Part shown: positions 27,899 to 37,627 of the stretch, in pieces
How positions within the stretch are numbered: the stretch's first letter is position 1
Layout: each line of letters opens with the position of its first letter
Assembly (NCBI GenBank): GCA_964603585.1
Contig: CAZRVK010000006.1
Location: 23,650-87,649 of the forward strand
Direction of reading: 5' to 3'
Length of the DNA stretch: 64,000 nucleotides
Source: an uncultured Planctomycetales bacterium
Lineage (GTDB): Bacteria; Omnitrophota; Gorgyraeia; Gygaellales; Profunditerraquicolaceae
Translations under genes and position numbers: made by a program
Notes under the pieces: generated by a model
Database searches by the model: none
What the model saw: the letters and a program-made list of their open reading frames with translations, nothing else
Told to the model about the DNA's origin: nothing

Positions 27899-28924
27899 AT
27901 GAGATGCCCTTCCTGCAGGTCAGAGAAAGCGAGAAATTCCTTTTATCCTGAACCGCATTTATTTTGTCCGGAGTGTTTACATTGCCGCAAGAGAAAGTTC
28001 CTGCGGGAGGTTCATTACAGTAATTTGTCGGGCCGGTCGAGAATGTTTGAGAAAAACCTGAAAAGGAAAAATAAGGAAAGGATCGCTTGCTTAAAGCCGT
28101 ATTTGGCCAAGGGAATGCAAATACTTGAGATCGGCTGTGCCGAAGGATCCATGGGGGAAGAGGTCAAACGTAAATTCCCGGTTATATATTCAGGAGTTGA
28201 ACCTTCCATGGACGCAAGGTTTGCTAGAACAAAACTTGATAAAGTCTGGGATTCAATGAACAGTATACCTAAAAAACAGCGTTTTGACCTTATTTTGGGG
28301 TTTCACGTGGTCGAACACGTTTACAATATTCAGCGTTTTATTGTCAGACTGCATGCTTTACTTAAGGATGACGGGGTTGTGGTGCTTGAGGCCCCTAATC
28401 ATTCCGGATCCAGGCGGTTGAGCTGGGATTTTAACCGGGAACATACGCATTTATTTACTCCATTATCTATTATATCTTTACTGGAAAAAAACGGGTTTAA
28501 CCTTCGGCAATTGAGTACAGGCCATTATGAGTCGGAAATTTATAATGATTCGATCCGGGCAGTTTGCGATAAGAAACGCAAGGCGGAGTATGTAACTCAT
28601 GATCTGGTTGAGCGTTTTTACCGGTATTTGGGCCGCCGGTGTGTTATTTACGGCGCGGGAGGCGATTTAAAGTCTTTAGTCCTTCCATACATCAAGCGAT
28701 CCAGAATATTGGCTGTTATCGATAGCGCAAAGGATAAGATAAAGACTACTGTATCAGGGCATATTATTCAGGGCCCGGAACAAGCCGGAAAATATAAGAA
28801 TGAAAGGTTTCTTGTCGCCACATTACGGTATCAAGATGAGATTACAGACACGCTTATCAAAAAAGGGGTTTGCCGGTCTAATATTGTTACCTTGGAAGAT
28901 ATATTAGGTCCCGAAGAAACCTGA
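27899..28924 (+). CDS. Class I SAM-dependent methyltransferase with N-terminal Zn-ribbon (sugar C-methyltransferase-like)
   Basis: CPSC...CPEC zinc ribbon, ILEIGCAEGSMG motif I, hydrophobic acidic motif II; architecture like TylCIII family but shorter. Confidence 0.55.
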   Translation: MRCPSCRSEKARNSFYPEPHLFCPECLHCRKRKFLREVHYSNLSGRSRMFEKNLKRKNKERIACLKPYLAKGMQILEIGCAEGSMGEEVKRKFPVIYSGVEPSMDARFARTKLDKVWDSMNSIPKKQRFDLILGFHVVEHVYNIQRFIVRLHALLKDDGVVVLEAPNHSGSRRLSWDFNREHTHLFTPLSIISLLEKNGFNLRQLSTGHYESEIYNDSIRAVCDKKRKAEYVTHDLVERFYRYLGRRCVIYGAGGDLKSLVLPYIKRSRILAVIDSAKDKIKTTVSGHIIQGPEQAGKYKNERFLVATLRYQDEITDTLIKKGVCRSNIVTLEDILGPEET

Positions 28925-28929
28925 CGTTT

Positions 28930-29991
28930 ATGGATAATCCAGAATTCGACCGGACAGACAGGTTAAATACCCGCCAGAGGCTGAAAAACGAGAAGCCAGC
29001 CGTATATGAGAAGTTTGTTCGGCTTGACCAAAGGCCAAACCAGGGGGGGCCTTTTAGCCCGGTGATCGAGATCGCTTACCGCTATGATTGTAACCTTCGT
29101 TGCCGGCATTGTTTTGCCAGCCGGTTTGAGAAAAAGAAACGCAGCCTTTCCTTGGATGACCTAAGGGGATTATCTTTACAAGCTGGCCAGATGGGGGTAT
29201 ATCAATTCATTCTGCAAGGAGGGGAACCGCTCTTTTGGCCCGATTTAGATGCGGTGGTTAGTGCTATCAATCCAAAAGAATTTTATTTAGGGTTAGTTAC
29301 TAATGCGTCATTATTGAATAAAGAAAAGATCATTCACCTTCGGGAGATAGGCATCGATAAGATTGTGATCAGCCTGGATTCTTATGATATGCTTCAGTAC
29401 GAACAGAATCGTAACCGTCCGGGATTATTCAATCATACGCTTGACATGCTGATTCTGGCTAAAAGTGCCGGGTTGCGGGTTGTCATTAATACCCTGCTTA
29501 CAAAAGAAAATGTCAGGTCCGCAAAGCTCCTGGAATTGATCGAGTTTGCCAAGAGGCATTCATTCTTTGTTTATACTAATTTCGCGACTCCTATCGGCAG
29601 TTGGCAGGGGCGCTATGACCTGTTGCTTGACGAGGATGATGCAAAGTATATTTATGATCTAAGCCTAAAGCATAAAGTAGTAAAGCGGGATATTTTTCCG
29701 TATATGGGGCAGAAAGTGGGATGTCCGGCGATCAGGTCGGTAGTATATATTACCCAATACGGTGATGTGCTTCCCTGCCCCTTCATACATATTTCTATCG
29801 GCAATATATTCGAATCTGATTTACCCCGGATCATTGAACAGGGTATGAGGCTGAAATGCTTTAAAGAACAGTCTGGGGTATGCCTGGCTTGTGAAGACCG
29901 CGATTTTATCAGGCAGAAGATCTCCAGGGTATATGATAGATCTTCTCCTGTCCCGATGGATGAGATCTTCGATAAGGATGAATTTTGTTGA
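28930..29991 (+). CDS. Radical SAM / SPASM-domain enzyme
   Basis: CNLRCRHC, QGGEP; C-terminal CPAIRS...CPF...CLAC SPASM-type Cys spacing. Confidence 0.7.
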   Translation: MDNPEFDRTDRLNTRQRLKNEKPAVYEKFVRLDQRPNQGGPFSPVIEIAYRYDCNLRCRHCFASRFEKKKRSLSLDDLRGLSLQAGQMGVYQFILQGGEPLFWPDLDAVVSAINPKEFYLGLVTNASLLNKEKIIHLREIGIDKIVISLDSYDMLQYEQNRNRPGLFNHTLDMLILAKSAGLRVVINTLLTKENVRSAKLLELIEFAKRHSFFVYTNFATPIGSWQGRYDLLLDEDDAKYIYDLSLKHKVVKRDIFPYMGQKVGCPAIRSVVYITQYGDVLPCPFIHISIGNIFESDLPRIIEQGMRLKCFKEQSGVCLACEDRDFIRQKISRVYDRSSPVPMDEIFDKDEFC

Positions 29992-29995
29992 TCCT

Positions 29996-31045
29996 ATGGC
30001 GATAAAAAAGTATTCACAACTTCGTGATCCTGCGCGTAAAAGTTTAGAGAGGTTATTGCCTCTAAAATACCCGATCAGCCTGTATATCGAAACGACCAAT
30101 AGGTGTAATTTCCGTTGCCGTTATTGTCCGCTGTCTCTTGGCGATTATTCGAAGGTTGCTGGAGGGTTCAATGATTTAAGTCTGGACAGGTTCGGCGAGA
30201 TTTCTCGGCAGATCAAAAAATGGCCCAGGTTAAAGGTTTTGCGTTTTTATTTTATGGGTGAGCCTTTATTGAATCCTGCTTTGCCGCAAATGATCAGGAC
30301 AGCGTCTTTAAATAAATTGGCCGAACGCACAGAATTGACGACCAATGCTTCGCTTCTTGATGCGAAGAGGTCATTGGCATTGATCCATTCCGGCCTGGAT
30401 TATCTTCGGATAAGCATTTCAAGCGTTAGCGACTTACGGCATAAACATATTACGCAGACCAGTTTTTCCGTGGACAATATCCGCGGGAATGTGGAGTTAT
30501 TTTGGCTGATGCGCTCTGCTTTAGGCAAAAAGAAGCCGTTTATCTATGTCAAAATGCTGGATTCCTTTAACGTTTTCGAGAACTCAAGATTTATTAAGCT
30601 GTACAAGAATATATCCGATGAGGCAGTGATCGAGAAACCAATGAATTGGGATGGATACAAAAAGCATGATTTTCTATCTTCGGTCTATAAAACCAAGCAA
30701 GAGGCAGTTTTAAAGAGATTATATCCTTACCCTAAAGTTGTGTGCCCATTCCCTTTTTATAACCTTATGATAAACGCAAATGGGGATGTTACTGTTTGCT
30801 GCGTTGACTGGAACCGTTCAACACAGGTAGGGAATGTTTTTAAAAATAGTTTGGGGGAAATCTGGAACGGTAAGCGCCTGCGCGATTTCCGGCGCATGCA
30901 ATTTTCGGGTAATCGCAAGGCAAATCCATCGTGCGCTAATTGCCAGTTTTTATTCACAACTCCGGACAACCTGGATAATATCCGTCCGGAGAATATCGAC
31001 AGTATCCTTGGGTTAAGGCAAAAGGGAGTAAAGGAGAAGGCTTGA
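29996..31045 (+). CDS. Radical SAM / SPASM-domain enzyme
   Basis: CNFRCRYC; C-terminal CPFPF...VCCVDW...CANCQF; start moved to ATG 29996 right after upstream stop. Confidence 0.7.
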   Translation: MAIKKYSQLRDPARKSLERLLPLKYPISLYIETTNRCNFRCRYCPLSLGDYSKVAGGFNDLSLDRFGEISRQIKKWPRLKVLRFYFMGEPLLNPALPQMIRTASLNKLAERTELTTNASLLDAKRSLALIHSGLDYLRISISSVSDLRHKHITQTSFSVDNIRGNVELFWLMRSALGKKKPFIYVKMLDSFNVFENSRFIKLYKNISDEAVIEKPMNWDGYKKHDFLSSVYKTKQEAVLKRLYPYPKVVCPFPFYNLMINANGDVTVCCVDWNRSTQVGNVFKNSLGEIWNGKRLRDFRRMQFSGNRKANPSCANCQFLFTTPDNLDNIRPENIDSILGLRQKGVKEKA

Positions 31046-32547
31046 AGATAGTCCTGATACATCCGTATTTTACTTCAGACCGGGACGAATTTTTCCAGGT
31101 TTTCAGCGAACCATTAGGTTTGCTTAGCCTGGCTACTTATATTGAGCATAAATTTCAAGAGGAAGTTTTAGTCGAGGTTCTTGATCTGTATGCCATGGGT
31201 TTTGATAACATAGAGGAAAGATCCCCTAAGCGTGTAACCCGCGGCCTCTCTAGTGAAAATGAAATCTGCGAAATATTAAGGAAGACGCAGGCGGATATCG
31301 TAGGTATTCATTGTAATTTTACCGGATTCGCAGAGGACGCCTTAGAAATCGCAGGGTTTGTAAAGAAGGCCTTGCCGCAAACTGTTTTGGTGATGGGAGG
31401 GGCGCATGCCTCATATGCTGCCGGGGATATTTTGTCCGGGTATCGGGATGTTGATTATATCGTCCGCGGCGAAGGAGAAGAGACCTTCTATGAATTGATA
31501 AAGTTAATCAGGCAAAGACGTGATCCCGGGAATCTACCGGGTATCGCTTGGCGTGATGCAAGCGGCAGGGTTGTTTTAGCCCCAGAAAGGCAGCTTATAC
31601 AGGAGATTGAGAGTTTGCCTATTCTTGACCGCCGGCATATCGATATGCCGGCATACCTAAGGTTCAACAAGATATCGTTTCCCATGGCGATGCATTATCC
31701 GGTGGCAACGGTCATGGCCTCACGGGGATGCCCGTATAACTGTATTTTTTGCAGTACGAAAAATATGTGGGGCAGGGCTTGGAGAGGGCGCTCTCCGCAA
31801 AATGTAGTTAATGAGATCGGAGGGTTGGTTTCGGATTATGGAGTAAAAGAGATCGCTTTTTATGACGATCAATTCCTGGTGGATAAGTCTTGGGTGCATG
31901 AGATCTGCGATTTGATCATTGCGAAAAAATTTAATATTTCTCTTTCCCTTCCTGCCGGAACAAGCGTTTGGATGGCGGATGAGTCTTTATTAAGAAAGAT
32001 GAAACGGGCAGGATTTTATCGCCTTAACTTGCCGATTGAAAGCGGTAACCAGAATGCCCTTAAATTCATCAGAAAGCCGGTTGATCTGAAATCTGTCCCG
32101 GGGATAATACGTTCTGCCTGCCGGCTGGGGTTCTGGACTTCCGCGAATTTTATCATTGGGTTTCCTTACGAGACGAAAGCAGAGATTATGCAGACGGTTA
32201 AGTTTGCCTATAATTGCGGCATTGATTACCCGTTTTTCTTTATTGCAAAACCTTTTATTGGTTCCGAGATGTATGATATATATGTGAAGGAAGGTTTATT
32301 AAAGGACCCGAAAGAGGCAAATTCCAGTGTTTTTGTGGCAAAGATCGGTTCTCGGCATTTGAGCGCAGAAGAGTTGACCAGGATACGTTTTAATGCCGAA
32401 AGAGGGTTTATGAAACATAAAATAAAATGGTGTTTAAACCCATTTAATCTGGCGTTCTATGTTTTACCAAGGGTTTCTTCTTTGAAGGGGATACGATATG
32501 CGCTAAAGATATTATTGTCTGTGATCCGGGGTAAACATAAGCGTTGA
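31042..32547 (+). CDS. Cobalamin-binding (class B) radical SAM enzyme, probable methyltransferase
   Basis: TTG start with AAGGAGAAGG RBS; N-terminal B12-binding-like domain (IVLIHPYF...VGIHC), radical SAM CPYNCIFC. Confidence 0.7.
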   Translation: MKIVLIHPYFTSDRDEFFQVFSEPLGLLSLATYIEHKFQEEVLVEVLDLYAMGFDNIEERSPKRVTRGLSSENEICEILRKTQADIVGIHCNFTGFAEDALEIAGFVKKALPQTVLVMGGAHASYAAGDILSGYRDVDYIVRGEGEETFYELIKLIRQRRDPGNLPGIAWRDASGRVVLAPERQLIQEIESLPILDRRHIDMPAYLRFNKISFPMAMHYPVATVMASRGCPYNCIFCSTKNMWGRAWRGRSPQNVVNEIGGLVSDYGVKEIAFYDDQFLVDKSWVHEICDLIIAKKFNISLSLPAGTSVWMADESLLRKMKRAGFYRLNLPIESGNQNALKFIRKPVDLKSVPGIIRSACRLGFWTSANFIIGFPYETKAEIMQTVKFAYNCGIDYPFFFIAKPFIGSEMYDIYVKEGLLKDPKEANSSVFVAKIGSRHLSAEELTRIRFNAERGFMKHKIKWCLNPFNLAFYVLPRVSSLKGIRYALKILLSVIRGKHKR

Positions 32548-32575
32548 ACTTTGTGTGCACATGTAAGAGGGTTGT

Positions 32576-33793
32576 ATGGATAAAAAAAAGAAGATAAAAA
32601 AAGTCATCCGGGCCTGCCCGATCTGTTTAGGGGGCTCTGGGGAATTACTGTATGAACAAAGGTTCCATCTTTATCAGGGGCATTGCCTTTTGGATGCTTA
32701 TGATGTCGTTTCCTGCATAAAATGCGGGTTTGTTTATGCAGATAGTGGAGCTACCCAGAAAGACTATAATCGTTACTATAGCGAGTTTTCCAAGTATGAG
32801 AATTCTCTTGCTCCCGGAGGCCTGGTTAATCAGTGTGATTTAGATAAGTATGAACGGATGGTGCATGACCTGTCGAAGATCATCCCGGATAAGAATACTT
32901 CAATCTTGGATATTGGATGCGCTAAAGGCGGATTACTGGCAACTTTTAAGGCGCATGGATATAATGATCTTACCGGGCTGGATCCTTCTTTAAATTGTGT
33001 CGCGCAGGTTAAGGCGCAGGGTATCCCTGCTTTGCAGGGCGGATTGTTCTTGGATAATTTCCCGCAAGGCTTCCTAAAACAGGCTTTTGATTGTGTGATC
33101 GTTTCTCACGTGCTCGAGCATGTTTATGATCTATCCACTGCTGTCAAGAATGCCTTTTCTCTGGTTAAAACCGGGGGATTTTTATATCTTGAAGTCCCGG
33201 ATTCTTCCCGTTATACTCAATATTATGTTGCTCCATACCATTATTTCGATTTTGAGCATATTAATCATTTTGATCTGTGTTCGTTGAACAACCTGTTTGT
33301 TAAAAGCCATTCGGAATATGTTGCTTCTGGCAAGAAGGACCTGCAGCATTCGAATACTGTATATTATCCTGCAGTTTATTCGGTTTATCGCAAATGCGAT
33401 GGTTTGGTTTTAGACAGAGAGATTGTTTCAGATCAGAATTTGAGGGACAATGTCATTAGGTATATCGAAATGTCCCGTCAGGCGGATCATTGGCGGGAGT
33501 TAGATGAGCTTGCCGCCTCGAAGGAAGCGATCGTGGTTTGGGGTGCGGGGGCGTATGCTTTGCGTCTTTACCGGATGAGCCCTTTAAGCGAGTGTAATAT
33601 TATCAGTTTTATCGATAATGACCTTAAAAAGAGACAGGCAGTGTTTGCTACTAATGTAACAGTTAAATTACCAAAAGAAGTTTTGCCGGATTTTAAAGGC
33701 ACGATCGTTGTTTGTTCTGCGGTGTATAATAATGAGATCGTAAAAGAGATCGATGGAATGCGGTTGAATAACCGGGTGGTTGTTTTAAAATAA
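32576..33793 (+). CDS. NDP-hexose C-methyltransferase-like (TylCIII architecture: Zn-ribbon + MTase + C-methyltransferase C-terminal domain)
   Basis: CPICLG...CIKCGF zinc ribbon, ILDIGCAKGGLL motif I, VSHVLEHV, 405 aa as expected for TylCIII-like enzymes. Confidence 0.6.
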   Translation: MDKKKKIKKVIRACPICLGGSGELLYEQRFHLYQGHCLLDAYDVVSCIKCGFVYADSGATQKDYNRYYSEFSKYENSLAPGGLVNQCDLDKYERMVHDLSKIIPDKNTSILDIGCAKGGLLATFKAHGYNDLTGLDPSLNCVAQVKAQGIPALQGGLFLDNFPQGFLKQAFDCVIVSHVLEHVYDLSTAVKNAFSLVKTGGFLYLEVPDSSRYTQYYVAPYHYFDFEHINHFDLCSLNNLFVKSHSEYVASGKKDLQHSNTVYYPAVYSVYRKCDGLVLDREIVSDQNLRDNVIRYIEMSRQADHWRELDELAASKEAIVVWGAGAYALRLYRMSPLSECNIISFIDNDLKKRQAVFATNVTVKLPKEVLPDFKGTIVVCSAVYNNEIVKEIDGMRLNNRVVVLK

Positions 33794-33810
33794 GGGAAGG
33801 CAGGTCGAAT

Positions 33811-34746
33811 ATGTCAGGTAAGCTGATCAGCATTGTTACCCCATGTTATAATGAAGAAGAAAATGTCGAGGCAGTTTATACAGAAGTTAAAGCGGTCTTT
33901 GAGAAGATACACGGATATTGTCGGGAGCATATTTTTATAGACAATTCATCCGAGGATAATACGGTAAAGATCCTGCGTAAGATCGCTGAATCTGACAAGA
34001 ATGTGAAAGTGATCATAAATACCAGGAACTTTGGGCATATTCGTTCCGGCGCTTACGGGTATCTGCAGTCAAGAGGCGATGCGGTGATCCCGGTGGTTGC
34101 GGATTTACAGACCCCACCTGATTTAATCCCGGAGTTTATCAGGAAATGGGAACAGGGATATAAGGTTGTTGTGGGGATAAGAAAAAAGGCCCAGGGTTCA
34201 ATTATACTTTCTTTTGCGGGGAAGTTGTATTATAAGATCATCAGCAAGCTCTCGGATACGCAGTTGATCCATGATTTTATGGGGTATGGTCTGTTTGACC
34301 GTAAGGTTATCGAGATCATTAGAGAGATGCATGATCCATATCCTTATATCCGGGGATTGATCTCGGAAATCGGTTTTAAAACCGCCCAAATAGAATATAT
34401 CCAGCCGGCACGTAAAAGAGGATTAACCAAAAATAATTTTTTTACCTTATACGATATGGCGATGCTTGGGATCACCAATTATTCCAAGATACCTTTAAGG
34501 CTGGCGACAATGTTGGGGTTTATATTTTCCGTGGTTAATATCCTTATCGCGATAGGATATTTTATTTACAAACTTATATCCTGGCAGACATTTTCAGTGG
34601 GGGTGGCTCCGATAGTTATAGGGCTTTTTTTGTTTTCTTCGGTGCAACTGTTTTTTTTGGGGATCCTGGGGGAGTATGTTGGTTCGATCCATACCCAGGT
34701 ATTAAAAAGGCCGTTGGTGATCGAGGAGGAACGCATTAATTTTTAA
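33811..34746 (+). CDS. GT2 polyprenyl-phosphate sugar transferase with two C-terminal TM helices (ArnC/GtrB-like)
   Basis: IVTPCYNEEEN, IDNSSEDNT, C-terminal TM pair. Confidence 0.7.
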   Translation: MSGKLISIVTPCYNEEENVEAVYTEVKAVFEKIHGYCREHIFIDNSSEDNTVKILRKIAESDKNVKVIINTRNFGHIRSGAYGYLQSRGDAVIPVVADLQTPPDLIPEFIRKWEQGYKVVVGIRKKAQGSIILSFAGKLYYKIISKLSDTQLIHDFMGYGLFDRKVIEIIREMHDPYPYIRGLISEIGFKTAQIEYIQPARKRGLTKNNFFTLYDMAMLGITNYSKIPLRLATMLGFIFSVVNILIAIGYFIYKLISWQTFSVGVAPIVIGLFLFSSVQLFFLGILGEYVGSIHTQVLKRPLVIEEERINF

Positions 34747-34798
34747 CCTTGCCGATTAGCTGTTTATTGCAGGGCTTTATACCAGGAAGGAATTTAAA

Positions 34799-35443
34799 TT
34801 GGAGAATAAACTCAAGTACGGGTTTTTCAGCAAAAACAGGGTCGAGGCCTTTAGTGACGGCATTTTTGCGATCATCGTTACACTTCTTGTTTTAGAGATT
34901 AAAGTCCCGCATATTGCCTCATCCGGGTCGGCGGTGGAATTATCCTCGGCCTTATGGGATCTACTGCCGAAATTTGTCAGCTGGGTGATCAGTTTCTTGA
35001 CCATTTGTATTGTTTGGGTAAATCATCACCGTCTTTTTGAAATGTTTAAAGGCATCAATATTGTTATCTTTTGGCTTAATGTACATATGCTCTTGTGGGT
35101 TTGTTTTATCCCTTTTCCTACCGCCTTGATCGGGGATTATCCCCATAATCCGTTAGCGGTGGCTTCTTACGGGATGGTAATGTTTCTTGCCGGCGGAGCA
35201 TTTATTCTTGCCAGGTTGTATGGCGTAAATAACCAGGAGTTATTGAAAGAAAAGGTTTCTCCTGAAGCATATAAAAAGATCATTCTGTTCTCATTTATTT
35301 TCGGTCCGGTTTCTTATTTGTGTGCAGCAATTCTGGCCTGGGTGAATACTTATTTATCGTTTTTTATGTATTTTGCGATTGCCGTTTATTTTATGTTCTC
35401 TTTTGTTATTCATCCGGATGAAGGAGTAAAACATGAAAATTAA
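34799..35443 (+). CDS. DUF1211/TMEM175-like membrane protein
   Basis: TTG start; RVEAFSDGIFAIIVTLLVLEI signature, multiple TM helices. Confidence 0.5.
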   Translation: MENKLKYGFFSKNRVEAFSDGIFAIIVTLLVLEIKVPHIASSGSAVELSSALWDLLPKFVSWVISFLTICIVWVNHHRLFEMFKGINIVIFWLNVHMLLWVCFIPFPTALIGDYPHNPLAVASYGMVMFLAGGAFILARLYGVNNQELLKEKVSPEAYKKIILFSFIFGPVSYLCAAILAWVNTYLSFFMYFAIAVYFMFSFVIHPDEGVKHEN

Positions 35444-36065
35444 TTGTCCCGCCTGTGGTAATGAGATTACAGTCCCGGAGAAAGTTGTGCCCAAGGATGC
35501 AAATGAAAGGCCGGCGGTCGCTAAGCCAAAAAGTTTTGAAGTGGAACGTTTTCCCGGGGGACTGGTGATTTCGCGAAAATGGTTTCATCCCACGATCATT
35601 TTTTTGACATTTTTCTGCCTTTTCTGGAACGGATTCATGGCGGTATGGTTTTCCATAGCTTTTAAGCAAAAGCTATATATCATGGCTTTATTCGGAACAT
35701 TGCACGGAGCAGTGGGATTAGGCCTGCTTTATACTGTGCTGGCAGGGTATTTTAATAAGACATTTATTAATATAAATCCTGGTTCGCTGACCGTTATGCA
35801 TCGGCCATTGCCATGGTTTGGACAAAAGAGGCTTGTTAAGGGTGATTTAAAGCAGTTTTATTCCCAAGAAAAGACTGTTCATGGTGAACATGGGCCGACC
35901 CATACTTACTCGGTGCAGGTGCTTACGCGAAAGGGGCAGGTCATTGAACTGGTGGGCGCGCTTTTATCTCAAGAAGAGGCGTTATTCATAGAACAGGAAA
36001 TAGAAAAGTATCTTAAGATCGATGATGAACCAGTCAGGGGAGAGGTCCCAAGGAGTGTTCAATGA
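35433..36065 (+). CDS. Zn-ribbon membrane protein, hypothetical
   Basis: INCPACGNE ribbon, 2 TM helices, soluble C-terminal domain; ATGA-coupled to next gene. Confidence 0.4.
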   Translation: MKINCPACGNEITVPEKVVPKDANERPAVAKPKSFEVERFPGGLVISRKWFHPTIIFLTFFCLFWNGFMAVWFSIAFKQKLYIMALFGTLHGAVGLGLLYTVLAGYFNKTFININPGSLTVMHRPLPWFGQKRLVKGDLKQFYSQEKTVHGEHGPTHTYSVQVLTRKGQVIELVGALLSQEEALFIEQEIEKYLKIDDEPVRGEVPRSVQ

Positions 36066-37090
36066 GTTTTGAATATGTTCGAGAAGTACCGCATCCGGAT
36101 GAGATCATTAATGAGATACCTTTATCCTTGGGGTTGAAAAGATTAAAACATTCAAGGGATAAGGAGATCTTGGATATTTTTCGCGGCAAGAGCCAGAAGT
36201 TTGTGGTCATTATCGGCCCATGTTCTGCGGATAATGAGCGCTCGGTATGCGTTTATGCTCAACGTTTAGCCAAGTTGCAAAAAAAAGTGGATGAGAAGCT
36301 GGTGCTTGTCCCCAGGATTTACACTAATAAGCCCCGCACTACCGGTGAAGGGTATAAAGGGATGCTGCATCAGCCTGATCCGAGAGAGGCTCCATCGATA
36401 GTAGAAGGGATAAAGGCTATCCGTAAACTGCATATCCGTATATTGCAGGATACTGGTTTAACCTCCGCTGATGAGATGCTGTATCCGGATAATTATCCAT
36501 ATCTGGTAGATCTTTTAAGTTATGTGGCTATTGGCGCCAGGTCAGTTGAGAACCAGCAGCATCGCCTTACGGTAAGCGGGATCGATATTCCCGTAGGCAT
36601 GAAAAATCCTACGAGCGGGGATTTGACGGTGATGCTTAATTCTATTCAAGCGGCACAACAGCCGCATGTTTTCACTTACAATGGGTGGGAGGTAAAAACC
36701 TCTGGGAACCATTATGCCCACGCTATTGTCCGCGGTGCGATCAATCAATATGGCCAAAGTATCCCTAATTATCATTATGAAGACCTGAACTCCTTGGCGG
36801 AAAAGTATCTTCAGCGCGGTTTAGTTAATCCGGTGATCATTGTAGATACAAACCACGCTAATTCCAATAAGCATTTTGAAGAACAACCGCGTATTGCCAT
36901 GGAGGTGATCCATAGTATGCGTAGTTCTGGAGTGCTTAAGCGCCTTGTTAAAGGCTTGATGATCGAGAGTTATTTAGAACAAGGTTCGCAGGCTGTATCC
37001 GGCAGGGTGTTCGGTAAATCTATAACCGATCCATGCCTGGGTTGGCAAGATTCAAAGAAGTTATTATTGAAGCTGGCGGATTATCTTTGA
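36062..37090 (+). CDS. aroG: 3-deoxy-7-phosphoheptulonate (DAHP) synthase, class I alpha (AroF/G/H family)
   Basis: GPCS, KPRTT, IGARSVENQ, GMKN, strong colinear similarity to E. coli AroG as recalled. Confidence 0.8.
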   Translation: MSFEYVREVPHPDEIINEIPLSLGLKRLKHSRDKEILDIFRGKSQKFVVIIGPCSADNERSVCVYAQRLAKLQKKVDEKLVLVPRIYTNKPRTTGEGYKGMLHQPDPREAPSIVEGIKAIRKLHIRILQDTGLTSADEMLYPDNYPYLVDLLSYVAIGARSVENQQHRLTVSGIDIPVGMKNPTSGDLTVMLNSIQAAQQPHVFTYNGWEVKTSGNHYAHAIVRGAINQYGQSIPNYHYEDLNSLAEKYLQRGLVNPVIIVDTNHANSNKHFEEQPRIAMEVIHSMRSSGVLKRLVKGLMIESYLEQGSQAVSGRVFGKSITDPCLGWQDSKKLLLKLADYL

Positions 37091-37124
37091 TCCGAGGTTT
37101 TGTTTTTGACGCTTAAGATGGGGG

Positions 37125-37547
37125 ATGTACATGGCGATAAAATGCAAAGGTTGTTCTCAAAGGGAACATTGCCAGGATTCTTGGGTTTCCTGGGTATTCT
37201 TTTTTGTGGGGATATTGGCTACGATTGCCATCCGTCTGGTGACCGTTTTAGGTGACCATGATCCTGTTTATGGTAAAATTGCCTGGTATATCGGGGTAGT
37301 GGGGTTTTTTGTTTTTTTTGTTTATAAATTCAAGGTTGATGGCGTGCGGTCGAAGCTTATTCGTCAGGCTGATTTGATCGAAAAGATGAATAAACGGGAG
37401 GAATTGAAAGAAGAAGATTATCAAATTGCAAGTTCCGTGTTTTGCAGCCTATCTTCGAATAAGGACCTGATCAATTATTTCATTATTTTTACCACATCGA
37501 TCATTGCATTCTTGTTCGCGTTGTATATTGATATTTCCGGCAATTAG
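37125..37547 (+). CDS. Small membrane protein with N-terminal CxxC pair
   Basis: 140 aa, 3 TM helices. Confidence 0.35.
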   Translation: MYMAIKCKGCSQREHCQDSWVSWVFFFVGILATIAIRLVTVLGDHDPVYGKIAWYIGVVGFFVFFVYKFKVDGVRSKLIRQADLIEKMNKREELKEEDYQIASSVFCSLSSNKDLINYFIIFTTSIIAFLFALYIDISGN

Positions 37548-37627
37548 CGCCTGATTATAAGGATATTGCCGCAGGCTTTGTGCGTTTTCGGTAACTGTGC
37601 AGCTTATATTTTGAAAGGTCAAAAGAG

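Noticed and set aside
19029-34746. Radical SAM/SPASM block considered as a RiPP (peptide) maturation cluster
   Set aside because: I found no short ORF with leader/core character (Cys/Gly/Ser-rich C-terminus) near any radical SAM. The neighbours are glycosyltransferases and sugar methyltransferases, not peptidases or exporters. This is kept as an alternative in the main finding.
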